Of a DNA stretch of 64,000 nt, positions 39,039 to 46,205 are shown one piece after another. The stretch covers positions 64,001 to 128,000 of IMG/VR virus record IMGVR_UViG_3300033075_000428. One strand, given 5' to 3'. Each line of letters starts with the position of its first letter. The first letter of the stretch is position 1. The DNA comes from a virus (lineage: Duplodnaviria > Caudoviricetes). Under the pieces are notes generated by a model. The model ran no database searches. It was not told the origin of the DNA and worked only from the letters and a program-made list of their open reading frames with translations. The position numbers were made by a program, and so were the translations under genes.

Positions 39039-39238
39039 AGTGTCTCGTTCAGTAACTGCTTACCATTCTTTGATTCATTCTTGGACTTCTCAAGGATGAA
39101 AGTCTGAAGTCCATCTGGAGCACCTGAGTGACTCTTGATTGTCCAACCCTGACTGAGCATTGGAGTCACTTTTGAATCAACTTCATTTGACTGGCAAGAA
39201 ACGATTGTTTGTTGCATGTTATTTTCCTCGTGTGTCAT
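39035..39238 (-). CDS. small hypothetical protein
   Basis: L.QGW.I...FILEK pattern. Confidence 0.6.
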   Translation of the reverse strand: MTHEENNMQQTIVSCQSNEVDSKVTPMLSQGWTIKSHSGAPDGLQTFILEKSKNESKNGKQLLNETL

Positions 39239-39768
39239 GAGTACATAAGGTAAAGAGCGTATGCTATACTTGACAGTACTGAGAACGTAATCAAGTGCGC
39301 ACCACTCGGTGTTTTGTGGAAAAGCCTGCTAATGAACCCATAGGGAGTCCACCACAGCCAGTAAAAGTTCCCTGCGTTCCAAAGTGCTTTGGGGGACATT
39401 GCGTCGCCTATGAAGTAGTAGAGCATGTCACAGACACCCCACCACCATAGCCAAAGGAACCCAAGCACCCAAGACCATTCGTGTGTTTCAGAGAAGAGGT
39501 AGTGACACAACATGAGTTGGTACCCTACTTGGAGAACACGATAGACCGTTACGAACTTGTCTACCTTTCTTGCCATTGAAAAGCCCAAGATGTCAAACGT
39601 TGCAAAGTTTACAACGCACAGCCAAACTAACAAAGGGTATGGGAAACTATTGATGGAGCTTACAAGCATAGCAAGTAAGCTAAGCATGTAGAAAGAACTA
39701 GCGGTCTCAGAAATAATGAGACTATAGAATCTCTTTAGACCATCAAAGATGTTTGTGAAGATGTTCAC
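39235..39768 (-). CDS. polytopic membrane protein
   Basis: Several hydrophobic segments; WLWWTPYG. Confidence 0.7.
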   Translation of the reverse strand: MNIFTNIFDGLKRFYSLIISETASSFYMLSLLAMLVSSINSFPYPLLVWLCVVNFATFDILGFSMARKVDKFVTVYRVLQVGYQLMLCHYLFSETHEWSWVLGFLWLWWWGVCDMLYYFIGDAMSPKALWNAGNFYWLWWTPYGFISRLFHKTPSGAHLITFSVLSSIAYALYLMYS

Positions 39769-39791
39769 AATGCCTTCTTGAAACGTAACGG

Positions 39792-40928
39792 TTAATCAAT
39801 GTTATTGTTGACAACCCATAGGACGGTTACTATTGAAACTACTAAGGATAAGAAAAATGCGAGCACTACGAAGCCAGTAGTTGGTTCTACTTCCAAGTAA
39901 GAGAACTCAACAAACTCTCTCCGCTTGAACTGTCGATTGATTTGTTTGTCACTATAGCTGATGAAATCATAAAGGTTCAAACAGTCCTTCCCATTGTCAA
40001 GAAGGTAGTTGCGCAAATCTATCTTCAACCGTTCTGACTTTGACCACGAGAACACGTCTGCCCACTTCACCTTGTTGTAGTTGTTACTATCAACACCGAT
40101 ACAAACGACTAGCTCATTCTTGTTCCCACCCTGCCAATACGACTGTTGATACAACGCGGCTTCTGGAGGAACATTTGCGAAGTAGAGTATGAACATCCTG
40201 CATTGCTTCGAAGGTCCAATTCTACCATTCAAACGACGAAGTTGCCAGTCTGAGTAGTTGAAATAGGGATTGTTCTTCGGTGCACCAAGAATCGTTGGTT
40301 GTTGCCAGTTCTTCTGAATCTCAGGATAGTCGAACAGGTGATAACGCTTTATCTCATTGTCACCAACACGCTCAAAGTGAAGTATCGACTGGTCAGCTGG
40401 CTTGATGTAGTTGGTGTAACTCTCGCTAAACGCTAACGGGTAAGAGCGTTCATTGACACCGTCCCAACGTGTGAGATACATGTTACCATCTTGTAGATAG
40501 TAATCTCTGTCCATGTCAACAAAGTGTTGATTATTGAACAGAGAGACAAGAGTACTGTAGAGTTGTTTCGAGCAAGAAAGGGTGGTTCCCTGAGTAGTTT
40601 CAATCTCCCAATGCTCTGGGTGATTCTGACGGTAAGAACAGTCATAGTAAACAGTGTGTGCTGTCTTACCAGAACCAACTGTCTTTGAGCACATCTTACT
40701 TATCCATTCATCCCACTCTTCATAGTACCTTGCTTCTTTCACGAGAGAACCTTTGTACTCAACGTCATTCCTCATGCTGTTGGAAGCACAGGATTTGAAC
40801 CCAAAGATTACAACCAAGCAGACAGCAAACGGGAAGAAGTATTCCCACAATGCTGTCTGCTTTGGAAACCATCGCCACAGTATGAATACTGCAATGAGTG
40901 GGAGTATTAGGCTGAAGTAGATAGACAT
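39792..40928 (-). CDS. membrane protein with a large extracytoplasmic domain
   Basis: Two N-terminal and one C-terminal TM segments; YWQGGNKNELVV; paired with the LemA-like gene. Confidence 0.7.
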   Translation of the reverse strand: MSIYFSLILPLIAVFILWRWFPKQTALWEYFFPFAVCLVVIFGFKSCASNSMRNDVEYKGSLVKEARYYEEWDEWISKMCSKTVGSGKTAHTVYYDCSYRQNHPEHWEIETTQGTTLSCSKQLYSTLVSLFNNQHFVDMDRDYYLQDGNMYLTRWDGVNERSYPLAFSESYTNYIKPADQSILHFERVGDNEIKRYHLFDYPEIQKNWQQPTILGAPKNNPYFNYSDWQLRRLNGRIGPSKQCRMFILYFANVPPEAALYQQSYWQGGNKNELVVCIGVDSNNYNKVKWADVFSWSKSERLKIDLRNYLLDNGKDCLNLYDFISYSDKQINRQFKRREFVEFSYLEVEPTTGFVVLAFFLSLVVSIVTVLWVVNNNID

Positions 40929-41461
40929 CAGAATACTTTGGTGTCGTTCTCTTGACGAGTACGATAAGTGTCCTCTGTCTTGGCTGATGTGATGACCTTG
41001 ATGTCAATCGGTGGTCTACCACCAACGAACAGCGAAGAGGGAAACTTCATCAACAAGTTCTTGTGCTCACGATTCAAATCAATCAGTGCCTGTTGCTCAA
41101 TGAAGAAGCCCTGACGCTCAGCTTCTATGGATGCTGAAAGGTCACGATACAGAGATACGTCGAAGTTGGGATTGCTTTCTTGAATCCACTTCATTAGCTG
41201 TCCACCACCGTCGTTGTATCTGGCTGACATGATGTCTTTGTAAATCTGCCCAAATGAGCTCTTGTACTGCTCACTCACTTGAGCCTTCTGAGAGATGATT
41301 TTCCACATCTTGTCATAGTACGCTTCACATGACTTCTGCTTCGCTTCGATTGTATTGCGAAGTGAAATCTCAGTGTTCGACGCTGAGAAGTAATTCGCAA
41401 CGATTATCAGCATAAAGAACACTGATACTGCTGCAATGGTGATGGCTGTTGTTTTCTTCAT
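40928..41461 (-). CDS. LemA-like membrane-anchored helical protein
   Basis: N-terminal TM; WIQESNP...Y..L...IEA.R..F...FPSSLF. Confidence 0.55.
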   Translation of the reverse strand: MKKTTAITIAAVSVFFMLIIVANYFSASNTEISLRNTIEAKQKSCEAYYDKMWKIISQKAQVSEQYKSSFGQIYKDIMSARYNDGGGQLMKWIQESNPNFDVSLYRDLSASIEAERQGFFIEQQALIDLNREHKNLLMKFPSSLFVGGRPPIDIKVITSAKTEDTYRTRQENDTKVF

Positions 41462-41541
41462 CAAGTCCCTCTGTTAAAATATTCTGGGTCGAACCAGTGA
41501 TTACGAAGACCACATAGAACGACCCAGATTTTGTTCGTGAC

Positions 41542-41883
41542 TTACTCAGCCCAACGAGTTGGTTCAATCCGTTGGACTAAACTTACTGCAAGGCGAAAAG
41601 AGCTCATCTGTGTTTCCTCACAGAAGCATGCGGTAGCAGTGAGCTGATTGTCTAAGTCAGGCTCATTGAAGAACGCAACGCTATTGCCACTATCATGCAA
41701 TTGTGTCGTAGCCAGCATGAGCTTGTTTTCCGTCTTCACATCCAGAAAGACAATCGTCTCATTGTTCCACTCACGAAACTCTTCTGGAAATTTCAGAGCG
41801 TAACTTGCCAATGCGTGTGCTCCTTGAACATATCGATAATGATGCGGAAGGTCTCGACGAATCAAGACATACATCTTTTTCAT
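41542..41883 (-). CDS. peptidyl-tRNA hydrolase type 2-like protein
   Basis: MYVLIRRDL...VQGAHA...W...IV.L...F.EPDLDNQLTA; start at ATG 41883 overlapping the upstream TGA. Confidence 0.75.
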   Translation of the reverse strand: MKKMYVLIRRDLPHHYRYVQGAHALASYALKFPEEFREWNNETIVFLDVKTENKLMLATTQLHDSGNSVAFFNEPDLDNQLTATACFCEETQMSSFRLAVSLVQRIEPTRWAE

Positions 41884-42488
41884 TTCGATTCGTCTGCTGT
41901 GTTTTCCACCACAAGGTCTTCCCGACGAATGTTCGTATTGTGAGGAAATACGTAATTCGGGTGAGACAGGAGCCAATGCGCGAATGCTTCACCACGAGCT
42001 TCTTTCCACAACGCATCCTGTTCTTCTCGTGTTGGAACAACAATTGGAGTTGGGTCACCAAACTCAAGTGAGTCATGAATAGTTATGACAACTTTCCACT
42101 GTTGCGGGGTCAACCGATTTGTGAAGTTCGGTACTTCAACTTTGTGGTATGGTGTTCCACTACGAAGTGAATACGCCAAGTTGAAAATACGGAAAGCAGT
42201 ACAGCAGCTGTAATGCGCATTCTCGATAGCGAAGTACTCTCTGTTCATCTCACTATATGTACTGAGAGGAATAGGATTAGCAAGTGTACCGTCTTCCTTA
42301 GTGATTCCAGCAACTTGACGAAGTGCTTCGTACACTGAGTTGATTTCAAGAAGCTTGTCAAGCCTCTCTCCTGGAAGCTCAACAGATTCAAAATACATCT
42401 TCAATGCATTTTTCGTGTTGTTCTCTCTGTTCAATCGAATGAATCTCGTAAGGAACTTGATTACATTCTTTGCTTGTTCTCTCGTCAT
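41880..42488 (-). CDS. hypothetical protein co-transcribed with the Pth2-like gene
   Basis: 202 aa; R..NLAYSLRSG.PY.KVE motif. Confidence 0.7.
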   Translation of the reverse strand: MTREQAKNVIKFLTRFIRLNRENNTKNALKMYFESVELPGERLDKLLEINSVYEALRQVAGITKEDGTLANPIPLSTYSEMNREYFAIENAHYSCCTAFRIFNLAYSLRSGTPYHKVEVPNFTNRLTPQQWKVVITIHDSLEFGDPTPIVVPTREEQDALWKEARGEAFAHWLLSHPNYVFPHNTNIRREDLVVENTADESK

Positions 42489-42515
42489 GATTGTACCCTT
42501 TGGGTGTGTTGAAAA

Positions 42516-42590
42516 TTAAACAGTTTCAAAGACATTACCAACATGCCCCAATGGAGGGTCACGAGTTGAGTTCTATGTGAAGAAGTTCAT
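42516..42590 (-). promoter_or_regulatory. amber-interrupted leader peptide MNFFT(UAG)NSTRDPPLGHVGNVFETV
   Basis: GAGGA SD, ATG 42590, TAG 42575-42573, TAA 42518-42516. Confidence 0.6.
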
Positions 42591-42618
42591 GTGTTCCTCA
42601 TTGTGAAAATTGAACGTG

Positions 42619-42691
42619 TTCCCTGTGCTGGAATTGAACCAGCGCGGTCATGAATTTAGAGTTCACCGCTCTACCACTGAGCTAACAGGGA
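42619..42691 (-). tRNA. tRNA-Sup(CUA), amber suppressor
   Basis: Cloverleaf: TCCCTGT/ACAGGGA acceptor, GCTC/GAGC D-stem, GTGAA-CTCTAAA-TTCAT anticodon arm, GCTGG-TTCAATT-CCAGC T-arm. Confidence 0.9.
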
Positions 42692-42695
42692 ATAT

Positions 42696-42733
42696 AAAAA
42701 GCCCAACGTGCTTCGTGGAAGAGAACGTTGGGC
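42696..42733 (-). terminator. intrinsic terminator immediately upstream of the suppressor tRNA
   Basis: GCCCAACGT-N15-ACGTTGGGC-TTTTT. Confidence 0.75.
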
Positions 42734-42761
42734 TCGCGATAAACAGAATTCTAATGTCTAT

Positions 42762-42833
42762 CTAGGCATTCAAGGGGTCTGTCTGGGTCATGTTGATTGA
42801 TGGATTTGCGTGCATGAACATCGGGGTCAGCAT
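42762..42833 (-). promoter_or_regulatory. UAG-terminated leader ORF MLTPMFMHANPSINMTQTDPLNA*
   Basis: ATG overlaps the upstream gene's stop (ATGCTGA); ends at TAG 28 nt before the terminator stem. Confidence 0.45.
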
Positions 42834-43108
42834 TTTCGTTTAGCAGTCGAGGTGCTGACCTTGCTCTTTATAACGATCGTGTGCGTGAAATATGAGTACC
42901 GTGGGTCATCAGCACCAACAATCCACACAACGTCTGACAAGGAGTAGAGTTCTGAGATTTCTTCTTCTTCTGAAGGAATATCCCAAGGAGTATCCTTAAG
43001 ATAGGTCTTGACCCCTTCGACGATGTTAGCGACAATTTGTCGGTCGATAGAACCAGTGATGCGATTCTTCCGATATCGGACAACGCTGAGAGAGATAATT
43101 TCATCCAT
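42827..43108 (-). CDS. hypothetical protein
   Basis: Start placed at MDEIISL. Confidence 0.55.
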   Translation of the reverse strand: MDEIISLSVVRYRKNRITGSIDRQIVANIVEGVKTYLKDTPWDIPSEEEEISELYSLSDVVWIVGADDPRYSYFTHTIVIKSKVSTSTAKRKC

Positions 43109-43232
43109 GGAGAAGAATCCTGAGCATATAGAAGAGCGCACCAAAAGCAATGGCGAGTGTGATAACCTTTGCTACGGCAGAACCAACGTTTGGTTTAGTT
43201 GACATAGGTACAATGTTTGAGTTGAAAGAAAA

Positions 43233-43264
43233 TCGTCAGCGTTAGAGTTACCCAACGCTGACGA
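43233..43264 (-). terminator. terminator-like hairpin
   Basis: TCGTCAGCGTT-N10-AACGCTGACGA followed by TTTTCTTT on the minus strand. Confidence 0.65.
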
Positions 43265-43314
43265 AGGCATCTCCACCACTTGCATTTATGGGGATGCAAG
43301 AAACCTAAGAAACA

Positions 43315-43464
43315 GTCACAAGGTTGTCAGAGTAATCAAACGGGAATCCTACCGCAGACGTTATCGCTAACAGTCTTTTCCACTAACTTCCTCTGAGTAG
43401 CTGGGAACGAGTTACCGTAGTGGTTAGCTACTTGACCAAGAGGCAGGCCAACAGTCTTTGTGAC
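43315..43464 (-). ncRNA. candidate structured RNA of unknown class
   Basis: Closing stem GTCACAA/TTGTGAC; internal AGTAGCT/AGCTACT and GTTA-GCGA-TAAC hairpins; begins 3 nt after tRNA-Lys. Confidence 0.4.
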
Positions 43465-43467
43465 AAG

Positions 43468-43540
43468 TACTCCCTACTGGGGTTGAACCAGTGACCCACG
43501 GCTTAAAAGACCGTTGCTCTACCAGCTGAGCTAAAGGAGT
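43468..43540 (-). tRNA. tRNA-Lys(UUU)
   Basis: Cloverleaf; ACGGT-CTTTTAA-GCCGT anticodon arm. Confidence 0.92.
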
Positions 43541-43549
43541 ATATGTGAT

Positions 43550-43675
43550 TCATGAAAAGAACAACATCCAGACGAGAACAAACAACAAGGCAAACAGAGG
43601 TATTGAGAATAGAAGCACACCGTGAAGTGTAGCAGTACCAGTCACCTTATCCCCTGTAAATCCCTCATTCTGCAT
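43550..43675 (-). CDS. 41-aa single-pass membrane peptide between two tRNAs
   Basis: AGAGGA SD; MQNEGFTGDKVTGTATLHGVLLFSIPLFALLFVLVWMLFFS. Confidence 0.55.
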   Translation of the reverse strand: MQNEGFTGDKVTGTATLHGVLLFSIPLFALLFVLVWMLFFS

Positions 43676-43701
43676 GTTTTCAATCCTCTATCTTAACTTA
43701 G

Positions 43702-43775
43702 TGGAGCCTGATGGGTTTGAACCATCGACCTGCCGATTATGAGTCGGATGCTCTAACCAGCTGAGCTAAGACTCC
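43702..43775 (-). tRNA. tRNA-CAU (Ile2-like or elongator Met)
   Basis: Cloverleaf; CGA-CTCATAA-TCG arm resembles lysidine tRNA-Ile2; lacks the initiator GGG/CCC stem. Confidence 0.88.
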
Positions 43776-44206
43776 TTGTTCCAGTTTCCACCATAGTCTA
43801 CAATACGTAGCTTATTCGTGGAAGTAACACCGAATGAATCAATCTTCCCTTCAACAAGGGAGCTATTTGCAGAACAAACATACATTACAGTCTTGTCAAA
43901 TTCCACATGCCCTTGTGGTTCATTGAACGAGTGCTGACCTGCTAAAGATTTTACCTCAGGCTGAACGGAGAACAACCCTAGAGGAAATGTGAAGTACGTT
44001 GGATTAAGACGTGTTTCCAACGAGAATGGTGCGTCGAAAAACACGTCAGCTGTCTTGTCTCGATATTGCTTCCAAACCTTACGCTCTTGCAAGTTGCTTA
44101 GCAATCCAAGTAAGAAAAGCTTGGTGTTACTAAGTCTTGGGAATTTGAATGCTAAGCCAAAAGCAAATATGACAAAGCGATAGCTTCCTATAAGCATCTT
44201 GGGCAT
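43766..44206 (-). CDS. minimal protein-kinase-like protein
   Basis: AFKFP...N.QE..VW...E.K..SFG...IVDYG; last codons overlap the tRNA. Confidence 0.45.
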   Translation of the reverse strand: MPKMLIGSYRFVIFAFGLAFKFPRLSNTKLFLLGLLSNLQERKVWKQYRDKTADVFFDAPFSLETRLNPTYFTFPLGLFSVQPEVKSLAGQHSFNEPQGHVEFDKTVMYVCSANSSLVEGKIDSFGVTSTNKLRIVDYGGNWNKES

Positions 44207-44211
44207 TCAAG

Positions 44212-44652
44212 TTAAGAAGAGCGAAGCTGAAGATAAAGCTCTGGGTTGGTGACATGAATCGAATGTGCCTCAGCGAATCCACGCTGGAATCTTTGGTCTA
44301 CTGGAGAGAAGTAGATTGCCTTGTCGTCTGCTGTGTATTCAGCAGGGAAGTAGAACACGCAACGCTCAATCGGCACAACAGAGTTGGTGTCTGTCGTGAT
44401 GTACCCGATACCGTGTTGTTTCGTCTGGTTGTTGTTAACAACGAGCAACCCAACAACAACGTGCTTTTCATTCTTCACATACGTCCCACCACTGCCACCT
44501 GGTTTAACAAACTCAGACTGGAATTCGATTGTGTCACCAAGGTCAAATTCAAGTGTTGGAAGTGGCTGTCCTTCACAAGTCAGACAATCTTGCTCGTTGG
44601 TATATTCTGCATGGCAGATTTCGCATTCCCAGACATGACGTTCAATTGGCAT
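44212..44652 (-). CDS. hypothetical protein with an N-terminal zinc finger
   Basis: CEIC...C..CE. Confidence 0.65.
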   Translation of the reverse strand: MPIERHVWECEICHAEYTNEQDCLTCEGQPLPTLEFDLGDTIEFQSEFVKPGGSGGTYVKNEKHVVVGLLVVNNNQTKQHGIGYITTDTNSVVPIERCVFYFPAEYTADDKAIYFSPVDQRFQRGFAEAHSIHVTNPELYLQLRSS

Positions 44653-44654
44653 TG

Positions 44655-44966
44655 TTACACGTTGTAGAACTGTTGTACAAACGATTTATGGTATTCAAGG
44701 AATTCACGTTGTAAGAAGTGAATGGTCTCACTTCGGTCAACTCCTTCATCGAACAAGAACGATTTTGTTCCGTTATGAAATTCCTCGTAAGCAGAAGCTA
44801 GGAAGTACTCACGACGGCAGAGTCTTGGTTCAGCATGGTCAAGACAGATAAACCCAATCTTAACTCGTGTTCTCCCACCAAGAGTCTTGACGTTAACGAA
44901 AGCAAAGTAGTATTCAAACTCATCTACTTCATGTCGCTCCCACAATATCGCAAGTAATCCTCTCAT
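44655..44966 (-). CDS. hypothetical protein
   Basis: Tightly packed in the gene chain. Confidence 0.6.
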   Translation of the reverse strand: MRGLLAILWERHEVDEFEYYFAFVNVKTLGGRTRVKIGFICLDHAEPRLCRREYFLASAYEEFHNGTKSFLFDEGVDRSETIHFLQREFLEYHKSFVQQFYNV

Positions 44967-44968
44967 GA

Positions 44969-45541
44969 TTACGAGGTGATTGTTGGGTTGAGAAGTTTGA
45001 TTTCATCACAGACGTTAAGCTCCAGTGCCTCTTGGGCAGTCAGCCAAACGTCAACCTTGGTTAAGAGCTTCTTCGAAATGACGTCTAGCGGAAGCTTCGT
45101 GGTCTTCTGATAGTGTTCTAACATCCGTCTGTGAGAATTGTCTACTTCAACACGGGAAGATATCAGGTCATGAAAGTTACCCGAAGGTGCCCAAGAGAAT
45201 GTATGCGACATAATGCTTGTGTTCGGTGTCAATACACGATGCTTTCCTTGGAGGAAAATCATGAATGCAGCTGAACAAATTTGACCCATGCCTATCGTAT
45301 GAACAGGGATTGCGCTACCTTCCATTGCGTCAATGATAGCGAATCCACAAGAAAGGTCACCACCAGGGGAATTGACCACGATGTGCAAAGTCTTATGCAT
45401 GTGCTTCTTGCCTTGTGTGAGATTCATCTCAAACAACCAAGAGACGCATTCCCTACAACTATCATCGTTGATTTCTCCCATAAGCATGAATACACCGCTA
45501 TCTTTCAATGAAGAATAGGAGGTTTCATCTGGTGTTGTCAT
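44969..45541 (-). CDS. clpP: ClpP-family protease
   Basis: VNSPGG; ICSAA (Ser); IMSH (His); DVWLTAQEAL (Asp). Confidence 0.9.
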   Translation of the reverse strand: MTTPDETSYSSLKDSGVFMLMGEINDDSCRECVSWLFEMNLTQGKKHMHKTLHIVVNSPGGDLSCGFAIIDAMEGSAIPVHTIGMGQICSAAFMIFLQGKHRVLTPNTSIMSHTFSWAPSGNFHDLISSRVEVDNSHRRMLEHYQKTTKLPLDVISKKLLTKVDVWLTAQEALELNVCDEIKLLNPTITS

Positions 45542-45631
45542 GTAGAATGCTCCTGATTGTAAGCTTAGTCGTATGGTCTTGAAACCATTTACAAAGCGAC
45601 AATCAACACAGTAAACTTTTGCGTTGTACTG

Positions 45632-46171
45632 TTAGACGTTCGACGTTATCAAGTCTTTGAATTCGTCGAGTTCCCAAGGTTTTGGGACATCCTCTTGCAG
45701 GAAGTACTCGTGTGGCGAGAACTTGATATGTGCTACAGAGGTCTTTATGAACGCTACATATTCCTTACTAAAGGACTCTTCTTTCTCTTTTGTAGCGACT
45801 TCTTGTACCACTGTAGTGTGCACTCTACCGAACATGAACGCAAGCGCATACCAGATTTCCCATATGCTGATATTTGAGTTCTCAGGTAATGAGGACTGCT
45901 CGCTAATGAGACGTTGAAAAGCTTCGATTAAGCGTCGCGAGATGTTCAAACGTTCGTTGTAAAAGTCCAAGTCTTCTTGTGTCCAAGACTCTGGGTCTTT
46001 GTTCTGTGTAATGCTAGTTTGAACAAGCAATGCTGCATCCATTGCCTCTACGGAAGGTTTAAACTTACCAGCGAGCAACATCATGTTCTTCTGTAAGTCT
46101 TCAATCTGGCGCTGTAACTCACGCTTCCCTGGAGTGGCTTTCGTGTTCACCTTACTTGTTCTGCTGGACAT
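45632..46171 (-). CDS. hypothetical protein (family with 37341 and 37839)
   Basis: WTQEDLDFYNERL. Confidence 0.65.
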   Translation of the reverse strand: MSSRTSKVNTKATPGKRELQRQIEDLQKNMMLLAGKFKPSVEAMDAALLVQTSITQNKDPESWTQEDLDFYNERLNISRRLIEAFQRLISEQSSLPENSNISIWEIWYALAFMFGRVHTTVVQEVATKEKEESFSKEYVAFIKTSVAHIKFSPHEYFLQEDVPKPWELDEFKDLITSNV

Positions 46172-46205
46172 TGTTGGTCTTTCCTTGTGTGATGTTTAGT
46201 CGTGA

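Noticed and set aside
42619-42691. Pyrrolysine tRNA
   Set aside because: It has a canonical D-loop GG, a TTC T-loop and a 5-bp anticodon stem, and there are no pyl genes in the window.
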